From: Planctomycetota bacterium
GTDB taxonomy: Bacteria; Planctomycetota; PLA2; JAEUHO01
Length of the DNA: 64,000 bases
Direction: 5' to 3'
Assembly (NCBI GenBank): GCA_965222115.1
Contig: CBDCTJ010000003.1
Span: forward strand, 448,001 to 512,000
This document shows, in pieces, positions 52,988-63,502 of the stretch. The notes below the pieces were generated by a model. The model had not been told where the DNA came from. It was given only the letters and a program-made list of their open reading frames with translations, and made no database searches. The stretch's first letter is position 1, and each line of letters starts with the position of its first letter. A program made the translations under genes and the position numbers.

Positions 52988-54211
52988 TTACTTCACCGTG
53001 GGCGCATCTTTATCGCCGGGCGACTTGCTCTCTCTTGATGAGCCCTTCGCCTCTGATGGTTGCTCCCCTTCCACCTCTACGATCCACTTGTACTCTTGCC
53101 TGGGCTGGGCATTGGTGATTCCGCTTCCGCGCGGATACATAAGAGGTGCGACAATGACATTGGATACAAATTCGCTTCCGGTGGCGTCATCGACAGGAAT
53201 GTTGGGCTCAATGTGAAATGCAAGAAACTTGCCTACGGTGCGTCCAAAACCAAGGCTCATGGGTGGCTTGGCAACTTCGGCGAGGAATGGATCTACAGGG
53301 ACCCAGCCAACGTCTTTCGCATAGAACTCGGCGCGACCGTGATAGTGGTCGGGGGTCTTCTTCGGATCCTTGTCACGAATTGCCCAGCGCCCTGCAAGAA
53401 AGCGCGCTGGCACCTTGTTGGCACGCAACACAGCAATAAAGAGCGACGCGACCGCGGCGGCATACATTCTTTTCACGGTCAGTCCGTCCGATGCGCGATA
53501 ACAGTAGGCAGCCTTTGTTGAGATTTCGTATTTCGATACAAGGTAGGAGAGTACACGCCACGCGTATGCAAGGTCGCGTTCCTTGCCACCGCGCTTCAGC
53601 CCACTCTCGCGAATCCACTTCTTCATTTTCTTGGTGCGGTAGTCATACAGCGGCGTGTCTCGAAGGTAGAGCCGCTTTTCAGCGCTCGAGAGTGACTTGA
53701 CTTTTTCGGCGGGCTCTCCGGGTTGCAAGTCCACGGGATAGAGTGCGGCGCGCATAGAGAATCGACACGAAAGCGACGACGCACTACTAGCCCGTCGCGT
53801 ATCCACTTTTGCGCGGTGGAGACGCCGCTTCCCCTTGCCGTTCTCTTCAATTTCGTCGGTCTTCCAATCGGCACCTGGATCGGGATCGCCTGCGGGTCCA
53901 AGCGATTGGTGCAGGAGGTCCTGCGTAGTTAGCTGTGGAGCGACACAGGCATACAACACCCAATCCTTGCATGTCAGCCCCGGATAGGTCGTGTGCGCGA
54001 GAACGCATGCATCCACCGTACGCGGTTTCACACGCACTAGCTGAAAGGCGCCCACAAAGATTCCATCGAAAACGTCACGAGCAGGCTGCTTAGAAGGCGC
54101 ATCATCCTTGGCGTGCAAGGGCGGCAGCGAAAGTGAAGCCACGGCAGCAAACAACATCGTTAGAAGCACGCCACGTTGTAACCTCCGGCACAGGTTCATT
54201 GGATCCCCCAA
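52988..54211 (-). CDS. Exported transglutaminase-like domain protein lacking the canonical catalytic Cys
   Basis: SLFIAVLRANKVPARFLAG, HGRAEFY..VGWVPVDP; MYAAAVA at the expected GxCxx site. Confidence 0.8.
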   Translation of the reverse strand: MGDPMNLCRRLQRGVLLTMLFAAVASLSLPPLHAKDDAPSKQPARDVFDGIFVGAFQLVRVKPRTVDACVLAHTTYPGLTCKDWVLYACVAPQLTTQDLLHQSLGPAGDPDPGADWKTDEIEENGKGKRRLHRAKVDTRRASSASSLSCRFSMRAALYPVDLQPGEPAEKVKSLSSAEKRLYLRDTPLYDYRTKKMKKWIRESGLKRGGKERDLAYAWRVLSYLVSKYEISTKAAYCYRASDGLTVKRMYAAAVASLFIAVLRANKVPARFLAGRWAIRDKDPKKTPDHYHGRAEFYAKDVGWVPVDPFLAEVAKPPMSLGFGRTVGKFLAFHIEPNIPVDDATGSEFVSNVIVAPLMYPRGSGITNAQPRQEYKWIVEVEGEQPSEAKGSSRESKSPGDKDAPTVK

Positions 54212-54669
54212 CTAGGACAGGCACGTCCCTGTTGATCTATACGATTGTCTGGCATCGCCATACTATGCTCGAATCAGAATCTCATCCCAATGCAATCCAG
54301 GGGCTATTCATGAATCTCAGCCATGTACGAGCGCTTGGCATTGCCGCTATCTTCGTGGCAATCACGTTCTTGGCATGGACGTTGTGCTTGCCTATTGGCC
54401 TCAAGGTGTGGAGTACCTGCGACCTGCAAACCTAACGCTCCATCCCGATGTGGGAGAGCTTCGATTTCGAGCAAGGCGGTCCGTCCAAACGGCGGGTTGT
54501 TTAGGCATCTCCTAAGCTTTCTCACTGAAATCAGACTTGCAAGACAAGCACGCAACTAGGACAACAAGCGTCGGAACAAACTCTCTCATTGACCCTAAGG
54601 ACAATACGTCTAATCAACTCGCGCTACTCTGCCGTCCCGAGGTCTTTCCAATGCTGCAGAAGATGGTTG

Positions 54670-55758
54670 TCACCGCCCTCCTCGCCGCCCTCCAGGAGGA
54701 ATCCCAGGATCCGTCACGGGAATCTCCGACTCCCACGGCGCAACACCTTCACGGCGCGCGGCGCGGCGTTGGTCGCGGGTGTCTTTGGTGGCGGATTTGA
54801 ACTTTGATAGTCCCTTGTTGAACATGGCCGCGACTGATTGTTCGTTTGCCTTGGCAGTAGCGCTTTCGAGAACACTTCCGGTTAATCCGAAACGGCCTGG
54901 CTGAATGACGAATATGCCCTCTGCCTTAGGCATGTCCTTGATGGTACTTAAGTCTTTGCGATCGGAGACGACGATGTACTGCAGTCGGCCCACGAACGCC
55001 TGGCTCCACGCGAGCGTTGCAAGTGTTTTCGTCATGACGTCGCGCGTGGATTTTGACCTTGCGTAGGCGACGACGAGAGGCTGATTGTCGCAAGCGGCTA
55101 CATTGAGCGCACGCCGGAAGTCCAAACCTTGTGGTAGCGCCTTGATGGACGACTTGGGCTTGTGGCGCTTGCGATGAGCATCCAACACGGACGCCAACTT
55201 GCTTGCCTCTTTCGTGTCAACGCCCCCACCGGATGAGTCGGGAGGACCTGAGCGACGCTCCGGTGGACCACGACGCGCTCCGGTAACGCTATGGGGCCCG
55301 CGACCGGCGCGACTGAGCGGGGTCTTGCCATCGGGTGCAAGCAGCGCAAAGGTCGTGTTCTCAAGATTGCCGGAACGACCCGTGAAGATGCCCTCGAGGA
55401 ACGCACCCTCTGCCTTGTTCTCATAGGTGGCAAGTCGAACACAGATCCACTCGCGCGAAGCAGCCACGACCGTGGCATCGAACAAGACACGCTTGTCCGT
55501 CTCTTGCTTACCCGGTCACCAGATGCCGGGCGTACCCTTGCACTGCGGCGCGGCGGACGTGAGGAGAATCGGGCGACCGGTTCGTTTCGCTTCTGCGGCA
55601 GCTTCCTTCCACGTACCAAACCACTGGATCTTTGCGGCGGGGCCTGGCGTTGTCTCTTTTCGCTCCTCCTTGGCCCACGAACTGGGTGCCGCCGTCGATA
55701 CGGCGCCGAACATAATCAGTGTCAATACCGAGAATACGGGCTGGCGTTTGAAGTTCAT
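54670..55758 (-). CDS. Exported thioredoxin-like selenoprotein (UGA at 55516-55518 read as Sec), 362 aa
   Basis: ORFs 55516-55758 and 54670-55485 are in frame across one TGA: IQWFGTWKEAAAEAKRTGRPILL..PQCKGTPGIW-U-PGKQETD; SECIS-like hairpin follows. Confidence 0.75.
55482..55507 (-). promoter_or_regulatory. Bacterial SECIS-like hairpin
   Basis: GCAAGAGACG-GACAAG-CGTGTCTTGT; apical loop starts with G, 18 nt after the UGA. Confidence 0.65.
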
Positions 55759-56041
55759 GAGTCATCTCCGTGAGGGGCTTAGATCCTTGGAAGCTATTCG
55801 CAGAATCTAACGAAATTCTGAAGGGCGATCGATTCGCGCGCCGAACCGAGCACCAACGGTGCTTAAACAACGGCGATCAAATCGAGTTTCGGGGAACTTG
55901 AGCATGTTGCTTGGACGATTGTGTCGTCACGCACCTCGCCCCTCTGCGTGCCTAACTCAATCCCCCAAGCGTATCCAAGGAGCCCGCCCCAACGAAGCGT
56001 TGCGATGGACCGACAAACGCGAGTCGTACTGTCGATTCGGC

Positions 56042-56515
56042 TCAACGCGAAACGTACAGGGACGACAGATCTGCCAGTTCTTCATGGAAGTAGTAAGCAA
56101 CACCCGCCGAGCAGCGAACGAGAGCTGTGCGCGGTGCTTCACCCGCGAGACTGCCCATAACAACTTCTAGTGCTACTGACCGACCGTCCCAGGCTGGATC
56201 CAAGGACGTGACGTAGCATCGACGGTCTACGCCAAGTTTCCGGAGTAGCTTCAATGCACTCGCGCCCGGCTCACAGGGACGTCGAGTGAATGCCGCGTCC
56301 TCTTTTCGGAGCCAGTGCTCGAGGCCGGCGATCATTTGATTGTATTTCCCTCGCTTCTTGAGGCTCTTCTTTGAGAGTCTGAACGGGAGTTCGCGCGTGG
56401 ACGCGATCTCAAGGAATCGATCTCGTCGATCTGGCGCGATCAAGGTCGCGGCTATTTGGTGTTCAAATCGACTACGATCAACGGCACTCGACAATTCAAG
56501 AGTAGGTGTGCTCAC
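56042..56515 (-). CDS. Hypothetical protein
   Basis: GTG start with GGAGAG RBS; protein-like CYVTS..DG..AYYFHEE. Confidence 0.55.
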   Translation of the reverse strand: MSTPTLELSSAVDRSRFEHQIAATLIAPDRRDRFLEIASTRELPFRLSKKSLKKRGKYNQMIAGLEHWLRKEDAAFTRRPCEPGASALKLLRKLGVDRRCYVTSLDPAWDGRSVALEVVMGSLAGEAPRTALVRCSAGVAYYFHEELADLSSLYVSR

Positions 56516-56822
56516 GTTACGATCTCTCCGAACGCAAGATGCGATCCACGAGTTGGCCCAAAGCCTGGAAGTAGCTCTCGACAATTCCCCGCATCGCGTC
56601 TGGCAGTCGCTCGTCCTACTGCCTTGTTTCGACCGCGTACGAGCGCCGCGGCAAATCGAGCGTGTTGTCGCAACTGCCGCGGATTCGTCTCGCGCACAAA
56701 CGATGTAATCCAGTATTTACAGCCGTATATCGACGCTGCCGTCCGGCGGTTCCATGCATTGGCTTTCATCCCATAACTCATGCGGACGACAGCCCCCGCA
56801 ATTTACTCGTGGAACTCGCGTA

Positions 56823-59276
56823 CTACTTTGCGGCGTTCTCCAAAACGTACATATAGCTCTCGACGGTTCCGCGCATCTCGATCGGAAGTCGCTTGTCCAC
56901 AATCAATGCGCGAAACGCTTCGATGGCCTGCGCACGATGATAACCAAGCTGAACGATCATGCTGAGCACAGTTGACAATTCGGGATCAGTTGGATCCAAC
57001 AGTTCAATCATCGCGCTTTGACCTTTGGAGCCCATAAGTTGAAGCGCGATCGGCACATCGAGGCGATCGGGAGCATTGCGATCAGCGAATCGCTCCCGAA
57101 GCGCTTCAAGCACGAGACCCGAGTCAGGCGCGATGAGTGCAAGCACGCTTGCGAGATGAGGCTCACGAACATCCGCGGGCTTCTTGAACATGGTAATCAA
57201 GCGCGTGAGCATGGGGCGTCCGCGCTTGCCGAGTGCTGCCGTCAATTGCGTGCCCGCTTCACGGGTTTCGGGGTTGTCCGAATCCAAGAGACGCGCCGCC
57301 AACCGGAGCAACTTCTCGCGCTCCCCAACTACCGTACCGAACGCTCTGTCTGCAGCCAAAACCCGCCCCGCACGAGCGGCCTTGATGGGATCGTCGCCAT
57401 CCAATCGGCGCTGCAGTTCTTGATGTGTGCGCCTGGGAAACACAGCAGCGAAGCTCTGAAGCGTCATGACAATGCGGTTCGTGTGAACCTTCGAGTCGGA
57501 GATATCCAGCGCGCGAAACAGATGGGGCACAAACGCCTCTTCAAACACACCAACGCCATACATGTTGGCGGCGAGTTCAACAAGCATGCGTGGCTCGAGG
57601 CTCGCCAACATGCTCTCTGCCTCTCCAACGACGCGTGCTCGGTCGACTTGATCTAGCTCCTTCAATGCGAGCCCTGGCCGATGGGTAACGATCATGCCCA
57701 CCCGACCGTCACGCGCCGTCGATCGTCGTAGTCCAATGAGCTTGCCCACGATCGCTTTTCGCGTTGCCGCGTCTACGTCATCGAGAATTCCCATAAGCAT
57801 CGCGGGTGTCGGTGCAGGCACGGCGGCGCGCTCCACAAGACTCATGGCGTAATCGCGTACATCACCATCCTTACTCTGTAGCGCTTCCAGGATCGCCAAA
57901 GGAAGGCCGCCCACTCGTTGAAGTTGAGCCTCAACGTCACGCTGAAGCGCCTCACTTCCCTTGGCGGCTGTGGCAAGTAGTGCACCGGTGGATGAGGAGT
58001 CCCCCGCCGAGATGCGCCGCAGCAATTCTAACGTCACATATCGCAAAGACCGGTCCGCTGACTCGTCGTGCAACGCACGCAATAGCGCCCGGCGCCACGT
58101 ACCAAGGTGAGGTTCGGAACGCGGAATACCTCGCTGAAGCGCCATCTGAAAGAGCCACGTACGCTCCGAACCGTCTAGCGATTGCAGAAGCTCGGCTATG
58201 TACCTTTGGATCGTTGGCCACAGCTCCCTCAATGCTGCACGCGCTTGTGTTGACCCATTGCGACCCTTCGCCAGCCGAAGTAACTCGGGCACTGCTGGAG
58301 CCGTAGCATCTCCGGCATGTCCAAGCGCCGCTGTGGCTACCGACCTAGCACGCGGATCAGCGCTGCGAAGCATTTCGAGCAACGCCGGGACGGCCTCCGA
58401 CTCCACACGTTTCGTAGCTGCAAGCGCACCAGCCGCCGCAATGCGCGTATGGGAATCGGGGTCATCAAGCATTGCAACGACTCTTGCTCGTGTGTCTGCG
58501 TCTGCGCCACGCGCCTTGAGCATTCGCTTCGCAGCAAACCTTCGCAGCAAAGGATGTGCAGCGCTCGACATTCGAACAAGAGTTTCGACGGCAACCGTGT
58601 CGGGTCGCCAACGCGCCATCTGCATCAGTGCCAGTCGCGCGACCCGTGCATCGCTATCTCCTGCAAGCGACTCGATCAAAACGCGCTGCCCCTTGCCCAG
58701 GTCCTTCGACTTGCCCAAGTGCTTGAGGGCAGTGAATCGGACGTGTGAATCTGGGGACGCCGCAAGGTGAATAATCAACTCAGGATCTAGCGTGACATTG
58801 AGATCGGAACGGGTATACACCTTCGCGGCATGGCGCGCGAGTTTCTTGTCGTATAGCAACTCTCTAACAACCGGCAAGAGTGCATCAATGCCCTGAGATT
58901 TCTCTATCACGTTCAACACGGCGATTCGATCGATCTGAGCATCGCGATGCAGCAAGCTGGCAAACGTGCTGGCTACCGAAGCGATGTCGAACGAACCGTC
59001 GTAAAAAACATCCAAGATGTATTGTCGCTTCTGTGTAGATGATTCCTCTCTAAGCGATTTTGCAAGCGCTGGAACGGCTGCCTGCCCCATCATACGCAAC
59101 GCTGCCCGCGCAGCCGATTGCCCCTTCGATTCCGACAGTTGTGTGATCCACCACGCGGCATCCTTTCCGCCATACACAGCTGGCGACGACTCTTCCTCGG
59201 CACATGCAACTTCGCATGCGCAAGTCGTACCTAAGATCAGGAACATCATGGCACAAGCGTAAGCAGTGACGCGCAT
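56823..59276 (-). CDS. Large exported HEAT-repeat protein
   Basis: Signal peptide; YGGKDAAWWITQL start motif; many HEAT repeats; RBS GGAGGG. Confidence 0.85.
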   Translation of the reverse strand: MRVTAYACAMMFLILGTTCACEVACAEEESSPAVYGGKDAAWWITQLSESKGQSAARAALRMMGQAAVPALAKSLREESSTQKRQYILDVFYDGSFDIASVASTFASLLHRDAQIDRIAVLNVIEKSQGIDALLPVVRELLYDKKLARHAAKVYTRSDLNVTLDPELIIHLAASPDSHVRFTALKHLGKSKDLGKGQRVLIESLAGDSDARVARLALMQMARWRPDTVAVETLVRMSSAAHPLLRRFAAKRMLKARGADADTRARVVAMLDDPDSHTRIAAAGALAATKRVESEAVPALLEMLRSADPRARSVATAALGHAGDATAPAVPELLRLAKGRNGSTQARAALRELWPTIQRYIAELLQSLDGSERTWLFQMALQRGIPRSEPHLGTWRRALLRALHDESADRSLRYVTLELLRRISAGDSSSTGALLATAAKGSEALQRDVEAQLQRVGGLPLAILEALQSKDGDVRDYAMSLVERAAVPAPTPAMLMGILDDVDAATRKAIVGKLIGLRRSTARDGRVGMIVTHRPGLALKELDQVDRARVVGEAESMLASLEPRMLVELAANMYGVGVFEEAFVPHLFRALDISDSKVHTNRIVMTLQSFAAVFPRRTHQELQRRLDGDDPIKAARAGRVLAADRAFGTVVGEREKLLRLAARLLDSDNPETREAGTQLTAALGKRGRPMLTRLITMFKKPADVREPHLASVLALIAPDSGLVLEALRERFADRNAPDRLDVPIALQLMGSKGQSAMIELLDPTDPELSTVLSMIVQLGYHRAQAIEAFRALIVDKRLPIEMRGTVESYMYVLENAAK

Positions 59277-59371
59277 GCGTGCGTTCTCCCTCCAGCCAGA
59301 GCAGCCGATGGAAGAGTATAGTCCCACAGAATGGGCGCGATGTCCGCCATCGAGTTCGGACGTGAATCTTG

Positions 59372-60175
59372 CTATTTGTGACTGAGGCGCCTCATTCGAT
59401 CTACCCGCAAACGATCGCGGTCATCAAATACGAGTCGCCTTGCGCCAAAGACGACGCCAAGCGTTCCAAGTGCAACGCCCCCAGCAATCGCGAGCAGGAT
59501 AAAGATCTGATAGCGCGCCGCTACGCCCGGATCGCCGCCCGCGAGGATCTGTCCCGTCATCATGCCGGGAATGCTGATGGCGCCGGCGGCGACCATCGCA
59601 TTCAGGATGGGCACCATACCAATGCGCACGGCACGGCGAACGACATCTCGCGAGGCCTCGGCCGATGTCGCGCCGTGGGCGAGCAGAATTTCGATTTCGG
59701 TGCGATCTTTGCGAAAGCCTTCGAGCACCGTTTCAAGACCAAGTGCGATACCGTTGAGTGTGTTGCCGAGCACCATGCCGAGAATCGGAATCGCATACTG
59801 TGGCTGATACCAAGGCTTCGTGCCAATGACCGCATTCAGCCCATAGAGCGTAACGACGAGCGAACTTACAAGCATTACGCCCATGCTCATGGCATAGATG
59901 CCGGGTACGCGATGTGTGGTTCGTCGAACGGCCTCAAATCCCGCAAGTGCAATCATGAAGGCCATCATCGCAACGACCGCCCACGGCCCCTCTTGTCGAA
60001 AGACCCATGTGAGTACGAGTCCGAGCAGCAACAACTGAATGACTCCACGCGCTACCGCGATGACAATGCGGCGACCCAAGCCAAGTCGGAGCGCAATCGC
60101 TACGCCCGCATTGAGAAGTATCAATAGCGACGCTAACGCAAGATCCACCCACCCTAGTGAAATCAACGCCATCAC
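59372..60175 (-). CDS. fetB: UPF0014 / FetB (YbbM) ABC permease
   Basis: RGVIQLLLLG, WYQPQYAIPILGMVLGN, SIPGMMTGQILAGGDP..AARYQI. Confidence 0.92.
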   Translation of the reverse strand: MMALISLGWVDLALASLLILLNAGVAIALRLGLGRRIVIAVARGVIQLLLLGLVLTWVFRQEGPWAVVAMMAFMIALAGFEAVRRTTHRVPGIYAMSMGVMLVSSLVVTLYGLNAVIGTKPWYQPQYAIPILGMVLGNTLNGIALGLETVLEGFRKDRTEIEILLAHGATSAEASRDVVRRAVRIGMVPILNAMVAAGAISIPGMMTGQILAGGDPGVAARYQIFILLAIAGGVALGTLGVVFGARRLVFDDRDRLRVDRMRRLSHK

Positions 60176-60792
60176 GGAAACGACACCACGCGCGCACCCA
60201 CACGTGCCGCCAGTGCGTCTTCATGCGTCACCCACACAATCGCGCACTCACCACCGGAAACCCACGCCACCAGTCGTGACTCCCATGTTGCGGCGCGCGC
60301 CGGATCCATGGATGACGTCGACTCATCCAACAACAATGCAGTTGGGTTGCATGCCAGTGCGCGCGTGAGTGCCAATACCTGCGACTCGCCACTCGATAAA
60401 CGTTCGGTCGAAGCATTTGGCGCGAGTCCCTCAACGGATGTGTCGACATATTTCTCTTGCTGCACAGCAAGGTTCGCCACAACACTCATGCTGCTGGCCA
60501 CAGTCCCCGGAAGTCGCGCACCCTCTGGATGCACATAGACAACACGACTGCGCCACTCGGGCGCCGACATGGAGTCTAGGGTCATCCCTCGAAGCGCAAT
60601 CTGACCACGATCCGCCGGATCCAAGTCGGCGATTGTCCGCAACAGAAGCGTCTTACCCGACCCACTTGCTCCGCGAATCACGACAATCTCTCCCGCCGCT
60701 ACACCAAGATTAAAATCGCGAAACCATGGCGTTCGAGTGAGTCCCTTGATGGCAAGCAGTGGCGGCGGCGTGTTCACGGGGAGAGGGTACAC
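60172..60792 (-). CDS. fetA: FetA (YbbL)-like ABC ATP-binding protein
   Basis: GASGSGKT, LSSGESQ, LLLDESTS, WVTHE; overlaps fetB. Confidence 0.85.
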   Translation of the reverse strand: MYPLPVNTPPPLLAIKGLTRTPWFRDFNLGVAAGEIVVIRGASGSGKTLLLRTIADLDPADRGQIALRGMTLDSMSAPEWRSRVVYVHPEGARLPGTVASSMSVVANLAVQQEKYVDTSVEGLAPNASTERLSSGESQVLALTRALACNPTALLLDESTSSMDPARAATWESRLVAWVSGGECAIVWVTHEDALAARVGARVVSFP

Positions 60793-60820
60793 GGAGCACG
60801 CTGCACGCTACACTTCGAGC

Positions 60821-61270
60821 ATGTCAAACATCTTCGCGCAAGTTGCACAGCATTGGCTGGATGGTGGCGTACGACTCCACTCGCCAGCTACCGATGCACA
60901 AGTCGCCGAGTTTGAACATTCACAAGGCATCAAGTTGCCCGGCGATGTGCGCGAATATCTGCTCTCCGTCGGCGGTATGATGGATGGAGAAATGTGCTCC
61001 GAAGGGCTGACGTTCTACGGGTTGAGCGGAATCTATCTAGTCGACTCCCGATGGAAATTTGAGTCCAATCCACTGGGCCTATCTGTAATTGGGGATTACC
61101 TCGCGAACTGCTTCTGTTATGCCTTCAGCTCTACGGGAAATGGTAACGGCGAAGTGTACGAGATTCACAACAATGGCAATGATCCCGGACAACCCGTTGC
61201 CGCATCATTTCGAGAATTAATGAAGCGCTACCTAGCGAATCCGCACCAATTGTCATGCGGACTTCGCTAG
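60821..61270 (+). CDS. SMI1/KNR4 (SUKH) family protein
   Basis: PATDAQVAEFEHSQGIKLPGDVREYLLSVGG..VAASFRELM. Confidence 0.88.
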   Translation: MSNIFAQVAQHWLDGGVRLHSPATDAQVAEFEHSQGIKLPGDVREYLLSVGGMMDGEMCSEGLTFYGLSGIYLVDSRWKFESNPLGLSVIGDYLANCFCYAFSSTGNGNGEVYEIHNNGNDPGQPVAASFRELMKRYLANPHQLSCGLR

Positions 61271-61562
61271 TGGATCTACTGTTGACTAACGCCACTCTGA
61301 GGATTTTCGAATACGCCAACGCGAGTATTTCGTTGACATTCCCTGCTCTTCACGATGTTTCAATCGGATCTTGTCTCAGCGGACTCAATACTTCTGGAAT
61401 CCTGACATAAACGCGATCGATACGTCGTCTATCAAGTGATGATGTGATCGCCTACGATGGAATCAGGACGATTGGACTTTCATCTAGGACTCCATACAAT
61501 GGAGGCGTGAACCAACGAAACTGGCTACTCATTCAAGTCATTGATCTTGCGCTATTCGCTCT

Positions 61563-61838
61563 ATGAACCAGTCCCGCACCAAACCCAGGACTCAACGCAC
61601 GTCAGGTTGGACGTATTTCGCATGCGGGCTCGTTTTCTTGTCTGGGGCGATCACGACACTTGAAGTCCTGCTGGGCTCTGTACCGGCGAAACAAGTGATC
61701 GTTGGGCTCGCGCTGCTCGGAATGGGTGTGGTCTATTTAATTCACGACGAACACCCCATCGCTGCCCGATGCATCGAGTTGGTCGCGTTGGCACTCTTCT
61801 TGACATACGTAGTCATGTACTTAATTGAGCACGTGTGA
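61563..61838 (+). CDS. Small three-TM membrane protein
   Basis: Three hydrophobic segments. Confidence 0.5.
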   Translation: MNQSRTKPRTQRTSGWTYFACGLVFLSGAITTLEVLLGSVPAKQVIVGLALLGMGVVYLIHDEHPIAARCIELVALALFLTYVVMYLIEHV

Positions 61839-61932
61839 GTTCGTTCGCGTTCAATGCAGCTCCGCAGATTCAATGCGCACCCCTTCACCGACCTGAATCG
61901 TATAGACCCAATTCACAGGGCGGAACAACGGA

Positions 61933-62454
61933 TCAATCGAGATTCATCAATGACTTAAACGACCTCACGGACGAGGTGACCTGACCCCGCTTTGTATTGA
62001 TGAAACCAGGCACCTCCAGTTCTCTGTACATCCTGGTGTCGCTTAGGTTGCAGAGCTCGTGGTTCGCTCGGTAGGCCGCGCCTATGAGCATGACCTCTAA
62101 CGCCTTTACGGCGGGTCGCTCTCCAGACGAGTGCGATACGAATCGGTTCTTTGGCGTAATTTGCGACAACAGATAGAGACAGGGTGTGCCCCTCCGCCCT
62201 GCCAGAACGCGATTATAATGCGTCAACTTGTGGTGCGCGAAGCACTCGCGACGAAACACGCGAGAGGTTGCACGGCCTACGTACCAGGGCCGAATTCCTC
62301 GTCCGGCCTTTACACCAAAGACGTAACACCCAATGGCATAAGGTAGTCCCGGCACATCGGCATCGACATCTAACCAAAAATCGTCGAGCGCCTCGCGATC
62401 CACGATGCCTTGATAGCGGGGAATCTTGTACTCCCCATGAACAGTGAATTTCAT
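61933..62454 (-). CDS. GIY-YIG-like nuclease domain protein
   Basis: GCYVF..WYVGRA..FRRE..LEVMLI..LCN; GGAGA RBS. Confidence 0.65.
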   Translation of the reverse strand: MKFTVHGEYKIPRYQGIVDREALDDFWLDVDADVPGLPYAIGCYVFGVKAGRGIRPWYVGRATSRVFRRECFAHHKLTHYNRVLAGRRGTPCLYLLSQITPKNRFVSHSSGERPAVKALEVMLIGAAYRANHELCNLSDTRMYRELEVPGFINTKRGQVTSSVRSFKSLMNLD

Positions 62455-62667
62455 GTAAGTCTCCGTGGCGAGGATACAGGTGTGAATAATCGCCCATCGC
62501 AGGCAGTCGAAGGCAAGGGTATCGCAACACCATCTTCGTTCATCATCCAAATTCACGCCGGCATGTACGAAAGACTAGGAGATTGGGCGCTCATACGGCG
62601 AGCATTGACTTGGAAGAGACAATCTCAAAACCGTGGGTACCCTCGCGTAGGACTTCACGCAACTCGC

Positions 62668-63444
62668 CTACTTCCCGCCGCCCTTAACTTCATTGAGGGT
62701 GTCCTTGAGCGTCTCTCTAAGTGTCTCGCTGGGATCGACGCGTATCAACTCGTGAAGTCTTGACTGGACGCTTTCATCCTCGGGAAACAGCTCGGCCAAC
62801 GCCTCCGCGGCACTCAATCGAACATCCTCGTTCTCATCACGCGTGAGGGCAAGCAGCTTGGGGCGTGCTTGATTGCGCACGCGAGGAAGATAGGCAATCG
62901 CGTTCGGCGCGTACTTCCGCACCTCAATGCTGGAGTCGTCGAGTACGGCCAACAACGCTTCGCCGGCAGGGTCGGCCCTTTCCTCCAAATCCGTGAGCGC
63001 GTCCACTGCCCAAATGCGAGCTTTCTCATGCTGACTTGAAAGTGCCTTGGCTAAATACGGAACGCCGGGATCGCCAATCTGCCCCAACGCCCACGACGTA
63101 GTCGCACTACACTCGCCACCTTGGATGAGCCGACGGTAGAGCGCGGGTGCAGCGGGTTCCGCGATGGGACCAAGTGCTCCCAACACCCCGGCGATCCATG
63201 CGCCGATGCCGGCATCGACATCTGAACGATCGAGTGCCGCAGCGAGCGGCATCACAATCTTGGCGCCGTGCGCGGGAAGCGCCTTGTGTGCCGCGTCGCG
63301 CTTCTCTCCGTCGTCGCCATCTACGAGATCGTGAACTTGCGCCGCAATCGCCGGATCGAGAGCGGGCTCCGTAGGTGCAGATTCGCCACATCCAGAGAGC
63401 ATCAATATCAAGATGAATGAGCAGGCGATGCGCATGATGTGCAT
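62668..63444 (-). CDS. HEAT-repeat lipoprotein
   Basis: LSGC lipobox after MHIMRIACSF; HEAT repeats; the upstream ORF extension is a shadow of the EEP gene. Confidence 0.82.
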   Translation of the reverse strand: MHIMRIACSFILILMLSGCGESAPTEPALDPAIAAQVHDLVDGDDGEKRDAAHKALPAHGAKIVMPLAAALDRSDVDAGIGAWIAGVLGALGPIAEPAAPALYRRLIQGGECSATTSWALGQIGDPGVPYLAKALSSQHEKARIWAVDALTDLEERADPAGEALLAVLDDSSIEVRKYAPNAIAYLPRVRNQARPKLLALTRDENEDVRLSAAEALAELFPEDESVQSRLHELIRVDPSETLRETLKDTLNEVKGGGK

Positions 63445-63502
63445 CGTAGCTCTAGCGAAGGCAATTCCTAGTGAGGCGCAGTGTATGTCAGCATCCAATC
63501 GA

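Noticed and set aside
54310-54435. Small hydrophobic ORF MNLSHVRALG..
   Set aside because: 41 aa followed by several stops; may be a decayed gene but cannot be supported
61270-61560. Possible further immunity gene after SMI1
   Set aside because: Only short broken frames with no recognisable motif
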